From Carpediemonas membranifera BICM (Eukaryota > Protista > Fornicata), in assembly GCA_019828565.1 (NCBI GenBank), contig JAHDYR010000005.1, forward strand, positions 602,829 through 666,828: a stretch of 64,000 bases of DNA. Direction: 5' to 3'. Positions 31,689 through 42,118 of the stretch are shown here, one piece after another. Position numbers and translations under genes: made by a program. The stretch's first letter is position 1. The number at the start of each line of letters is the position of its first letter. The notes under the pieces were generated by a model that saw only the letters and a list, made by a program, of their open reading frames with translations, did no database searches and was not told where the DNA came from.

Positions 31689-33092
31689 CTACCCGACACG
31701 CTCCAGCTCGGCCTGCTCAAGCTCCAGGTCCGCGAGGCTGGCCGACAGCGACTCGAGCTCCGTGTCAATCGCGGCCACACGACTGAACTGCATGCGCCGG
31801 TCCGCGTGGCTGGGCGTGCACTCGCGCATCTCCTCCTCCTCGAGCTGGCGGCGCCGCTCGTCCATGGCCTGGTCGAGAGCCTCGACCCTATCCTGCGCGT
31901 CCTGGTACAGCGCCGCGAACACCCGGCCCTGGGCTGGGGATCCTGGGGCGTCGGCTGGCACCTCCTTGCGGCGGCCAGCGAGAGCCCTGCTGCGCTTGTT
32001 GATGGCCGGGGAGAAGCAGCATTCGGCGACCTCGCCGTCCTCGCGGGCCGCCGCCAGTGCCGCCACGCGGTCGTCGGCCTGTTTGCGGTAGGCCAGCCTG
32101 TCGACCGTCTGGCGGATCTCGCTGGCCGGGATCTTGCGGGTGGGCGTCTGGGGCTGGGGCTCAGCCTTGGGCCTCGTCTGGGACAACCGGGACCAGACCT
32201 CGGGGCTGAGAACCCGCTTGGGGCTGGGGGCGAACGTGTAGGCGTCCCCGCTGTCCCTGAGCGACGGCGTCCGGGCCAGTGCTTGTGCGACACGCTGCTT
32301 CTCCCTCTGGACAGCCGCCTGGTGGTACAACGACTCGAACGTCATGTCGTGGTCCTCTGTCGGCCGTGTCTGAGTCATCCTCGCGTACTCCCGGGCCCGC
32401 TCCTGCTCGGCCACAAACGCCGCGTGTTGGCGGCGGATGCTGTCGTTATAGAGGCGTGTCGACGCCCCCTCGGTGAACTTCAGCCGCCGGGCCCGCGCGG
32501 TGATGTCTGGTGTGCCCGAGAACTCGTGCTGCTGGCTGGGGCTGAAGTTCCTCTGGAGCTGGTTCTCGACGCTGGCCTGGTAGCGGTCTGCTGACGACGG
32601 GGGGGCGTAGGGCGCCCGGCTGATGAGCTTCTCGGACCTGCTGTTGATCTTGGGGCTGAACGTGAGCTCTGCGGCGTTCTCCTCGTCCTGTCGGGCTCGG
32701 CGTGCGGTGAGGCGCTTCGCCGACATATCCGACCATTGCTCCTGGTACTCCACGAACGACTTCCCGCCGCGGTCTGCTATCTTCGCGGACTTGGGCGTGA
32801 TCTTCGGCTGGAATGTGAGCTCAGCCTGGGCCTCCTCGTCGCGACGGGCCCGCTTTGCCTTGAGCTTGTTCTCGGAAATCTCGGACCATTGCTGCTGGTA
32901 TTCTATGAACGATTTCCCTCCTCTGTCCGCTAGTTTCGCTGACTTCGGTGTGATCTGTGGCTTGAACGTTGCTTGAGCCTCCTCTTCAGCTGCCTGACGC
33001 TCTCGGATCGCCTGCAGCTTCTTTTCCCGCCGTTCTGTCCATAATCTGTTCAATTCGTATATGTTCTCCGGTCTCCCGCTGCTTTCGGCCAT
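31689..33092 (-). CDS. Charged protein with recurring (E)LTF-x-P-x-I repeats, probably cytoskeletal/flagellar
   Basis: Two to three internal repeats of about 51 aa (TFxPKITPKSAK...) and further ECxFxP motifs. Confidence 0.7.
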   Translation of the reverse strand: MAESSGRPENIYELNRLWTERREKKLQAIRERQAAEEEAQATFKPQITPKSAKLADRGGKSFIEYQQQWSEISENKLKAKRARRDEEAQAELTFQPKITPKSAKIADRGGKSFVEYQEQWSDMSAKRLTARRARQDEENAAELTFSPKINSRSEKLISRAPYAPPSSADRYQASVENQLQRNFSPSQQHEFSGTPDITARARRLKFTEGASTRLYNDSIRRQHAAFVAEQERAREYARMTQTRPTEDHDMTFESLYHQAAVQREKQRVAQALARTPSLRDSGDAYTFAPSPKRVLSPEVWSRLSQTRPKAEPQPQTPTRKIPASEIRQTVDRLAYRKQADDRVAALAAAREDGEVAECCFSPAINKRSRALAGRRKEVPADAPGSPAQGRVFAALYQDAQDRVEALDQAMDERRRQLEEEEMRECTPSHADRRMQFSRVAAIDTELESLSASLADLELEQAELERVG

Positions 33093-33218
33093 CTCCGACA
33101 GAATTGCCGCTGATCGGCTTGGAGAAATTTCTTCGACCCACATACCTCGAATTTCACAGTCGATTTCAGCCGATACGACGCATCTAAGCAACTTATTTAG
33201 TGTACAGTCTGCACCATA

Positions 33219-35066
33219 TCACAGCAGACCCTGGTCGTAAACGGGCGCCGAGATCCCGCCGTCGTCTGCCATGGGCTGGACGTGGGTCTGCTCGTTCGGG
33301 TCGGGCTCCTGCAGCCGCCCGATGTGCTCCCCGACGGCTCGGCCGCCCCGGGACTGGGCCTCGTCCACGGCTATGGCCAGCAGCCATGCCGCGCGAGGCT
33401 CAACCTCGTCGCGGAGATCCTCGCTCCCGATGAGCTTGCGGCAGAAGGCCGTGATCTCGCTGGGGGCGGGCTTGCGGGTGGTGAGGTCCAGCAGGGTGTC
33501 CTGGAGCTGCAGCCGGGTCCGGCGCACGTCTGGGGGCAGCCCGTCGAGGGCCCCCGAGTCCGGATCTTGGGTCACTGCAGACACGATCGCCGCAGACAGG
33601 CGCCGGATGTCTGTCAGGATGGTCTCGTGCAACTGGCGGACGTCCATGTCGTCCAGCCCGGCGTCCTGGGCAGGTGCGACCAGGATCCCGCAGTACCGCA
33701 CCGCAAGTACGTCGAGCTCGTTGCGGATGTCCTCAAACAGGTTCGCAAGCTGGGTCAGCTCGTGCTGCCCGAGCCGGTCGGGCGAGTTCCGCTCTTCTCG
33801 GCGGGCCCGTTGCTCGTCCCGGACGCGGCGCTGCTCCCGCTCGCTCGGCCTTCGCTCTGGCTCCCGCTGGGGCTCCGTGAAGGACACCGCTGTCGGCCGG
33901 GGTGAGGCGGTTGACCGGGGCGACCCCGCTGACCGGGGGGACGACAGGGCCGAGTGCGGGGGGGAGACGGCCTCGGGCTGGGGCGGGGCGGCGTCGATGG
34001 ACTGGCCAGACGACTCCGACGAGTAGAGCTCCACGGCCACGGCCAGGAACACAGAGAGCGGGACCCCGTCGGCTGCCGACAGGCGGCCCCTGAGCATCCG
34101 CAGGAAGAACACCACGAGCGGCTCGGACCCGAACACCTTGCGGGCAATCAGCGCGATCGTCTTGGGCGGCACAGTCGGCTCGGGCGAGGCAGCTCCCACC
34201 GTCCGGGGCCGCACGAGTGAGGCGGCGCGGTCCCGGGGCGCCATGGTGCGGGGCGCCTTGGCGAGGTGCTTCGTGGCGACGTTACGGGCGAAGAGGAAGA
34301 AGAGAAGGTCGTCAGTGGACAGCTTGCCGCACAGGAACGAGACAAATGTCGAGGCGAACAGTGACGACGCCCTCAGGGAGTGTAGTGCCAGGAGCAGCTC
34401 CCAGCAGTGCCGCTCGACCAGCGTCCGCAGACCGTACTGCTTCGTGAAACAGTGGATGACGAAGTTGGGCACGCGTCTGATGCTCTCCTTCATGGACAGG
34501 GCCATGTGGTCGTCCGCCGTGGCGTCCCCGTCGGCGATGGTCTGCTCGAGTTCCATCTGCGCCATGTCATGCTCGTACCGCATGTCGTAGATCCCGTTCA
34601 CCATCTTGTACAGCCAGGCCAGGTTGTGCCGTGTGATGTCCCGCGGCCGCGTCCTCAGCTGCGACACGAGCGAGCTGTACGTCTCCTCGATCTCCGCCAT
34701 GTCCACGCGCCCGAACCCTCGCGTCGGGCGGTTGTGTGGCCGTGCTCTGGGACCGGCGGACTTTGCCCGGGACGAGCCCCAGCGCTGGGACTGGGGGCGC
34801 TGGCGGGACGTCGAAGATGACCTCCCGCTCGAACGGCTCGACGCTCTCGGTATGGATGTCCCGGGGCGATCCATTGGCGATTTCCGGCTCACAGGGCCAG
34901 GCTTACTTGCTTTGTTGCGCTGAACTACGATCTTTGCTACATATTCATCAGTTTGCTCGTCATACCGAAAAGAGACGTTGCGCTTTGCAATAAAGTTGTA
35001 ATAGAACTCTTTCTTGGCATCTGTAAGCTCCGAAAAGACTACCAAGCGGTGGTTTTCTGCCGCCAT
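33219..35066 (-). CDS. Hypothetical protein
   Basis: 615-aa ORF with host codon bias and a globular block (FVIHCFTKQYGLRTL...DDLLFFL). Confidence 0.7.
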   Translation of the reverse strand: MAAENHRLVVFSELTDAKKEFYYNFIAKRNVSFRYDEQTDEYVAKIVVQRNKASKPGPVSRKSPMDRPGTSIPRASSRSSGRSSSTSRQRPQSQRWGSSRAKSAGPRARPHNRPTRGFGRVDMAEIEETYSSLVSQLRTRPRDITRHNLAWLYKMVNGIYDMRYEHDMAQMELEQTIADGDATADDHMALSMKESIRRVPNFVIHCFTKQYGLRTLVERHCWELLLALHSLRASSLFASTFVSFLCGKLSTDDLLFFLFARNVATKHLAKAPRTMAPRDRAASLVRPRTVGAASPEPTVPPKTIALIARKVFGSEPLVVFFLRMLRGRLSAADGVPLSVFLAVAVELYSSESSGQSIDAAPPQPEAVSPPHSALSSPRSAGSPRSTASPRPTAVSFTEPQREPERRPSEREQRRVRDEQRARREERNSPDRLGQHELTQLANLFEDIRNELDVLAVRYCGILVAPAQDAGLDDMDVRQLHETILTDIRRLSAAIVSAVTQDPDSGALDGLPPDVRRTRLQLQDTLLDLTTRKPAPSEITAFCRKLIGSEDLRDEVEPRAAWLLAIAVDEAQSRGGRAVGEHIGRLQEPDPNEQTHVQPMADDGGISAPVYDQGLL

Positions 35067-35363
35067 CGAGCCTTATCTGCTCAAGTTGTTCTCTGCCGAC
35101 TTGGAAAATTTCGCCCAGCCACACACTCACGCCGCCCGACAAGTACTGCCATTGTACACAGGAGGTGACTCCAATCACATCTTTGGGCATCATAAGCCGT
35201 TCTCTGAAATTCTTGAGCCGATAATGATGAACAGGGTTGAAAATGCCTGCCATGCCCTGAATGAGCGCCTTATGGGTCAGCAGAACATGTATTGGCTCTG
35301 AAACGGGGATCAGCGGACAACTAGAATTTCCCAAATTTCCCCACCAACCAGCAATCCCCTGAA

Positions 35364-36108
35364 ATGGCAAACCACGCACACCACACATACTCGCAGGTCG
35401 GAGACATCCTTGTACCGAGCAAAGGCATCCGTGACGACATGGTCAGGTTCGTTAGCCCCGTGCATCTCACCCAGGCAAGGGCTACAGCCCCGGGACCACT
35501 CAAAGGACAACAAGGAGCGGCTGGCGAAGATAGCCGCGGAACGGGAACAAAAAGCGAAGAAGGCAGCGGAGGAGAAAGAGCGGAAGAAGCTGCATCAGCC
35601 CGGCGCCATCCCATCATACATGAAGCAGCGGACCCGGACGATTGAGATGGAGAAGAGCACCAACACGGCAAACATCAAGTCCCCGGGTGTCACTGGCGGT
35701 ATCACGGGCCGCGGAGCGAGGCCGCTGTCGTCATCCGTGAAGAAGCCCGCGCCCAAGGACGCCGTCCAGCGGAAGCTGCAGCCCCACCACGAGGCGGGGT
35801 CTGTCCCGGTCTACCTCAAGCGCAGGGTAAAGGCGGCGGAGGAGGCACGGCAGAAGGCGGCGGAGGAGGAGGCGGCGCGGCAGGATTGCCCTGAGGGCAT
35901 GGTGCTGGTGCCTGAGGCCCAGCGCTTGGAGCTCCTGGAGATCATGACCAAGCAGAAGGAGGAGCTGGAGAAGGAGCTCGGGCGGCTGCCGATGAACTGC
36001 GACACGGAGTCTCTCCGCCGCAGGAAGGGTGAGATCGAGAAGAAGCTGACCGGTCTTGACAGGGACATCAGTCAGATGTCCCGGACCAAGGTGTACATCA
36101 AGGTGTAG
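35364..36108 (+). CDS. Enkurin-domain protein (ENKD1-like); 28-nt intron at 35447-35474
   Basis: GSVPVYLKRR...CPEGMVLVPEAQRLELL...RRKGEIEKKL...SRTKVYI. Splicing GTTCGT...CTCACCCAG joins the two ORFs in frame. Confidence 0.88.
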
Positions 36109-36187
36109 GCGCGGTGTTGCACGCTGCGCCAATAAAGACCAACATAACTGGTAGTGGAAGATGGGAACGAAATTCCGTGGCGTGTGA

Positions 36188-37780
36188 ATGGTGCTGGGCC
36201 TATCGCTCCTGCTGTGCGCACTATTAGTAGCGCACACATCAGCTTTTGACGGCTCTGTCGTTCTCACCAACAGCAGCTTCATCGTCTCGCTCAATCCAGT
36301 CGCTCTCGGGTCATCACTCGCCATAGACCTCTCACAGCTGACGCTGAGTAATGGCAGAACCTTTATCTCCAACACTATTACCTCTATGACCCTGACAGTG
36401 CCCGCCGACGCCGTCGCCGTGCCCCTGTCCGAGCCCGTCCCCCTCTACCCCCTCACACTCATCCCAGAGACAGTGCCGTGCGACGGCACTGAGACCTGTC
36501 TGGGAAGTACTGCGTGCACGCGCTATTCCGTGATGAAGGGTGCCCCCATCGAGGCGTATGTTCCCGAGGGCGCCGCAGTCAGTTTCGCGGCCTCCGCGCC
36601 CGATGCTGTCGAAGCCGTCACCGCATCCCCAGCGTCAGCGCCATGGGCAGACTCCATGGTGGCCGCGGACGGCGCACGCGTGGCCCTGGTCCCGCTGTCC
36701 ACGGTGGGCCCCGGTCCCGGTCAACTCGGGATGTCCAACAGCACGCTGCGGGATGGGATCGACTGCGAAGACCCTGCAGCCATCATGGACATGCACGTGG
36801 ACCTGAGTAGCCCCCTGTCCGGCCTGGCCACTGTCTCTGGGGCCATCTCCGCAGGCACACTCACACCGACCGGCGTCCTAGTGTCCTTTGAGATCATCGT
36901 ATCGTCAGCCGCATACGAAGAGGCGGACGCACTCTTCACCACTGTCGACGGCTTTAGAGTGGCTCCCTCGCTGCTGACGTCCGCAGCCCGCCCCGTCCTG
37001 GCGCTGGCGATTGCCGACGAGCACGCCAGCTTCAACACGACTCTCACAGCTGCAGCGACTACAGCCTGCACGGTGGGGGCATTACAGCTGACTGGGACTC
37101 TCCTGTCCGAGCGGCAGCACGCACTGTACCCCTCTTCGTTCGCGGAGGTGTATTACAGTCTGCCCGCCGTGGCCCCCGGGACACTAAGGTGCACAGTCGC
37201 TGTCGAGTCGAACAGTGAGTCCGGGGCCCGCGTGCTGCCGGTGGAGTGGGCAGTGGGGCCGGTGGAGTCCGCAGACTGTCTCCGGCTCGGGAAGGCCCAG
37301 CTCGCCGACCTCAGCGGATGCGGACTGCGCCTCCCCTTCGACCCGATGCCAGTGGAGTGCGGGTCCCTCTGCCTGAGCTACACCGGTCTCGCGCCCGTGT
37401 GCGGCTGCTGCGGCAACAGCACGGGGTCGCACGTCAACCTCATGACAAACCAGCCCGTCGACTGCGGCGGCGGGGTCTCCTCCTCGACCGACTTGTCATC
37501 CCTGCCCGTGCTGGAGCTGGCGAAGGCGACGTACCGGGAGAACACGGGGGTGTTCTGGACCCTGTTCGGCGTGTTCGACCTCGTCATCCTCGTCTCGATG
37601 GTCGTCCTCACCCTCTGTGTCGGCAGCATCGCGTCTGTGGTGTTCCGCAGCAAGGAGCAGGACGAGTTCGACTCCGTCCTGCGACATATCGCCGCCATCG
37701 ACGCCAACCGCGGACTGGGCAAGACCCAGCACCGCATGACCCCCGCGGAGGCCTTCATCCTCGCCGACCCAGGCCTGTGA
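36188..37780 (+). CDS. Putative type I membrane/surface protein
   Basis: N-terminal signal-like MVLGLSLLLCALLVAHTSA, Cys-rich ectodomain, hydrophobic segment near the C-terminus. Confidence 0.75.
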   Translation: MVLGLSLLLCALLVAHTSAFDGSVVLTNSSFIVSLNPVALGSSLAIDLSQLTLSNGRTFISNTITSMTLTVPADAVAVPLSEPVPLYPLTLIPETVPCDGTETCLGSTACTRYSVMKGAPIEAYVPEGAAVSFAASAPDAVEAVTASPASAPWADSMVAADGARVALVPLSTVGPGPGQLGMSNSTLRDGIDCEDPAAIMDMHVDLSSPLSGLATVSGAISAGTLTPTGVLVSFEIIVSSAAYEEADALFTTVDGFRVAPSLLTSAARPVLALAIADEHASFNTTLTAAATTACTVGALQLTGTLLSERQHALYPSSFAEVYYSLPAVAPGTLRCTVAVESNSESGARVLPVEWAVGPVESADCLRLGKAQLADLSGCGLRLPFDPMPVECGSLCLSYTGLAPVCGCCGNSTGSHVNLMTNQPVDCGGGVSSSTDLSSLPVLELAKATYRENTGVFWTLFGVFDLVILVSMVVLTLCVGSIASVVFRSKEQDEFDSVLRHIAAIDANRGLGKTQHRMTPAEAFILADPGL

Positions 37781-38026
37781 CCGCTCTTGTGTATAAAACT
37801 CGCTCTTCCCATGGTGTCTGGGATTTGATCCAATCAAAATATTTCGTCTTCCTGGATAGCGTTCCAGCGCCTCCGGTCGGCGGCAAACGGGGCAGGTATA
37901 AAGCCAAACCCTCTTGGAGAGACCACGTGCTTGAGCGGCGGATAATGTGTAGCTCCTGATAGGGCGAGATCGGAGTCGCTTTTGAGTCACAATCATTGGA
38001 AACCTCTATCTTCTAGTCTCCTGGCG

Positions 38027-39613
38027 ATGAAAGAGACTGAATCCTTGCCGCCAATACCACCTACCAAACCTGTATCGTGGCCTGGATATCGTCTTTACGC
38101 TGCATGCTGCCAACAGCTGAACTTAACTCCGATTGACGCGCTGATGCGTTCCAAACGCCTTCAAACACCAGCTGACTCTATAACCAGTTTCGATTTTTCT
38201 CACCGAGAACTCTCTGTTGACGATTGCAGGGGCATTGTATCTTTTCTCGGATCTCTCAACAACTTAACTCATCTCGCACTCAACCAGATTCCCTTCAACC
38301 CCAAGAGCTTCAAGCTCATCATTGACTTCATAGCCCGCTCCCACATCGACAACCTGGAGTTCTTCGGGCTCCATCCCCCTACGGAGCACATCCCCATGAT
38401 CCTGCGCGTTCTCGAGTGCCCCACGCTCGAGCGGCTCAAGTTGGGCGACAACTCCTTCAGCTCGGAGACGCTTGTCAATATAGCCCAGGCTGTGGTCGAT
38501 TCCCCGGCCCAGATCGTCCAGCTGCACCTGGGGGGCAACCTCCTCGGCAGCGGCGACAGAGAGGCGGTTGAGGACTTCATGAACACCGTCTCGGGCTACA
38601 GGCCGCTCATCTCCATCGGCCTGCGGTCCTGTGGGCTGACCGGCGAGCACGTTCCCGCTCTGGTGGCCCTGCTGCGGCACCCGGCCTGCGAGATCACCGA
38701 CCTCCAGCTGAAGAACAACCCGCTGGGCGAGGCGGGCGGCAGCATAGCCGACTCCTTCTACCACAACGACACCCTGCGCGTGCTGGAACTGCAGTCGACG
38801 TTGCTGAACGCCACAGCGGTCTCCCGCATCGCCCAGGCCCTGCCGAACCTGCCCTCGCTCCGGGCCATCAACCTCAACAACAACCCCATCGGGGACGCCG
38901 GGGCCCAGGCGCTGGCGGACTCCCTCGCGGTGCACTGCTCCATCAGCACGCTCGGGTTGTCGGGCATCCGCTGCACCGCCCTCGGTGCCCGCTACATCGG
39001 CAGCGCCCTGCGGGACAACCCCGTCGTGACCGGGCTCGACCTCTCTCACAACGCCCTTGGAGACCAGGGTGCTGCTGACATCGCTGCCGTGATCCACAGC
39101 TCATCCGTCGTCGAGTCCGTCGACCTCTCCAACAACGGCATCGGCGTCCGGGGCGGCGTCATCCTCGCCAAGGCCGTCGCGTCGTCAGGCACCGTGCGCC
39201 ACATCGACCTCGGCCGGAACCACCTCACTGATACGGCCGCGGCGGAGTGGGGTGCGGCCCTGGCGGCCAACACGGTGCTGCAGCGCCTGTGTCTCACCGA
39301 CAATCAGCTGACCGACCGCGGGGCCGAGGCGCTGTACGTCGGTCTCCGGCAGAACCGGGTCCTCACCAACTTCAGCTACGGCGGACAGTCGACCGGCGCC
39401 AACGTCATCTCCCGCTCCTGGCGCCACGCCATCGACCGCATCGTCCGGGCCAACCGTGGCCGGGGCGGGAGCAGCCCGATGATGCCCGTGGCGCCGTCGT
39501 CGCTGGGGCACGTCCGTTACCACTCGTCGCCCGGCCTGCTCGGGGTCGAGCTGCCCCACCACACGCGCAGCTCCAGCGACGGCGTGCTCGACGTCGGCGG
39601 CTTCATTTACTGA
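38027..39613 (+). CDS. Ribonuclease-inhibitor-type leucine-rich repeat protein
   Basis: 28-aa LRRs, for example LRAINLNNNPIGDAGAQALADSL and LDLSHNALGDQGAADIA. Confidence 0.9.
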   Translation: MKETESLPPIPPTKPVSWPGYRLYAACCQQLNLTPIDALMRSKRLQTPADSITSFDFSHRELSVDDCRGIVSFLGSLNNLTHLALNQIPFNPKSFKLIIDFIARSHIDNLEFFGLHPPTEHIPMILRVLECPTLERLKLGDNSFSSETLVNIAQAVVDSPAQIVQLHLGGNLLGSGDREAVEDFMNTVSGYRPLISIGLRSCGLTGEHVPALVALLRHPACEITDLQLKNNPLGEAGGSIADSFYHNDTLRVLELQSTLLNATAVSRIAQALPNLPSLRAINLNNNPIGDAGAQALADSLAVHCSISTLGLSGIRCTALGARYIGSALRDNPVVTGLDLSHNALGDQGAADIAAVIHSSSVVESVDLSNNGIGVRGGVILAKAVASSGTVRHIDLGRNHLTDTAAAEWGAALAANTVLQRLCLTDNQLTDRGAEALYVGLRQNRVLTNFSYGGQSTGANVISRSWRHAIDRIVRANRGRGGSSPMMPVAPSSLGHVRYHSSPGLLGVELPHHTRSSSDGVLDVGGFIY

Positions 39614-41576
39614 GGGTGTGTCCGGTGCAGATAAACCTGTACCGAGTAAACGCGACTGAGGCTTTCATCATGTCATCGAGGCCCACGAGCGCTTCGCAGC
39701 AGCGGTGGCCTTCTGGGCAACGCAAGCTGGGCGTGGCTCCTGGCCCAGCTGGCATGGAACTGCTCGCGCATCTGGCGTGTGCATTCGTGCTTCTCGCAGC
39801 GTTTGGCTGGTGCGAGCTGGTGCGCTCATGCTCGAAGCCTGCAGTCTTCTGGGCGGTGTCAGCAATAAACCAGCCTCTTGCATGTCGATGGCGAGCATCG
39901 GTGCGATCTTGTCCCGCGCTTTGGCGAATTCTGCAAAGGTAATTAATTAACTATACAGCAAGTGAACATTTCGACTCGACCTTCATATCTCGCCGAATAT
40001 TTAGTGGATATCAGATGTAATTCCAGATTCTTCTTACTTACCCCCGACTACCCCCCGGAGTCATTTGTCAGACCTGGGCTATCTCTATTCGTCGTAAAGT
40101 TCTGAGTAGCCGTTTTGGGGGGTCTGCCCGACCTCCTTGGGCGACTCACGCGACGAGGAGAGTACGCAGAGCCACGCAAATACACCACGATATGTCCCTA
40201 TCCTTCAACATATCAATTCCGAGCTAACTTTTTATAATTCTTAAATCTCCGTTATTTATGACAGTCGGTAAGAGTCATACTCCGGGGTATACCCGACCAG
40301 ACGACACAGAGAAGACTAGCGCAAGCCGGCTCATACACGCATGCACCAACCTATGTGGGCTTGATGGCGGGGGTTGATGGCGAAAATTAATTAACGACGG
40401 GTTGGGTGTGGGTGTCGGGAAGCTCATGGTCGGCGGCGCAGAACTCGGGACTGGGCCATGCGTTCTCTTAGCAACTGGCCACGCTTCTTAGTGGCATAGG
40501 GTGCGGTCGAGGCAGCTACTAAATTTTCGCTAAATACAAGATTTTTTGACACCAAAAAAAACCCTCTCAAACGAATGATGGAAAGAATGTGTAGGTATAG
40601 AACGACGTAGTTTTAGATGTAGATGAAGGTTTGCTATTTCGTTTTTCGATCCGAGTTATGGCCATCGAGTAATCGATAGTGCAATTCTGAAAAATGACGA
40701 CTTTATCTGAAATGAACGTCATGATCACGAAATGCTACGTTATGATGCTGGAACGCGTTATGGTGTTGTACTATGCTTGGTCAGATGATGCATTGTGAGT
40801 TCTGCATGGGAAGCCATAAAGTGCGATGACGAAGTGAGACGACGGTGAGTATTTATGCTGCTTTGAAGGTGAGTGACTGGTTGTGTGTGGCTGGGAGGTC
40901 CGCGGGGGGTCGCAGGGGGGCAGAGAGAGTGACGGAGGCGTAGAGAGGTGTAGCGTAGCGGAGGGCGGGAGGAGCGTAGCGACGAGCGCCCGGAGCGAAG
41001 CGAAGCCGAACGAAGCCGGAGGAGCGACCGGAGCCCCACCGAAATGATAAGGAGGCGCGATTACGTGCGGCGATTAAGGGCGGCGATTGGCTGCGTTCTA
41101 TTGCTCGAGTTTTATGCTCAGTTCGACGGGCTCCGAGTCAGTTTCCTTGCGTGGCGTTGGTTTGGGGGGCTTCGTAGGTTTTAGAACAGTACAGTTTGTA
41201 CATGGCTGTAAGCAGCTTTAGCTTGCTTCACCTAAAAGTGCCTGCCAAATCCCGGATCCGAGCCGGCATTTGGCAATTGACAGAAATCGACGCTCGTGCT
41301 GGGAGTGGCTCCGTTGACGTTTGTGTTGCGCTGTATAGCTTCGTAGTGCGCTCGTGCGCTTGTGAGTCGAGTTCTTGGTGATGTGTCTTAAAGCGCCTGC
41401 CAAAATGATGACTCTGAGTCTGTTGTAACGATGCGCTAATTTATTTCGACACACTGGTGTCGTCTCGGACCAAGTAGGACCAAGACGACACCCATTAAAT
41501 ATATAAATATTAACACGGTATTGCGACACTACCCCTCCCCCCACCGAGAGTATTAAAGCCACTTTGCAAATTGTGT

Positions 41577-41651
41577 CAGAAACCCATCCGATGGTCGAGG
41601 ATCTTCCTTCAGGGTGGAACCGGGTTCGACCCCCGGGGTCACCATATTTTT
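41577..41651 (+). other. Degenerate tRNA-like / Pol III promoter-like sequence inside the 3' non-coding region of Gypsy 1
   Basis: D-arm-like ATCC-GATGGTCGA-GGAT, perfect T-arm CCGGG-TTCGACC-CCCGG, then GGTCACCA and TTTTT. Acceptor and anticodon stems are poor. Confidence 0.5.
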
Positions 41652-42118
41652 CATTGAATGGGTCTTAACCTGCACGACCCAGCGATGAGTCGAAAAGAAG
41701 GAGGAGGCGAAGGACGGAAAAAAAATGGAAAGGGTGTACTCGATATGCCCTTGCAGCGGCCTACCTCCACCTCCTGTCTGAGGTCTGAGTACCTCGTGTG
41801 GTGGCCGAAACACGAGTCGATGGCGAAAGAGTGAACGGGGAAGATGATCGCAACGAGAGCTGAACCCGAGGGAAATGGGGAGATATATAAAGGTGATTGT
41901 ACTGCTGTAGCACTAGGTTCTCACGGGCATTGGTTCCCCCGCAATGCGCAAAAATTTGGAATCAATCGACTATCGATTAACTGGGGAGGTTTGGACCGAA
42001 ATTCCCCGCAAAAGAGGTGTAACAAGCATGTGTAGAGCGATATTGGGCGGAAGAATTACTTCCTGGGGGTAATTGAGCATAATTGGCTGCTCGCCGATTG
42101 AGTTGCCTAATACTGCGG

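Noticed and set aside
13558-39942. Numerous long opposite-strand or alternate-frame ORFs (for example 14620-15861, 21163-22602, 25301-26515)
   Set aside because: Shadow ORFs from high GC3 codon bias over clearly identified genes.
41577-41644. tRNA-Sec/opal suppressor (CTTCAGG loop), or a self-encoded primer for Gypsy 1
   Set aside because: Acceptor and anticodon stems do not pair properly, there is no long variable arm, and the 3' end does not match the PBS position.
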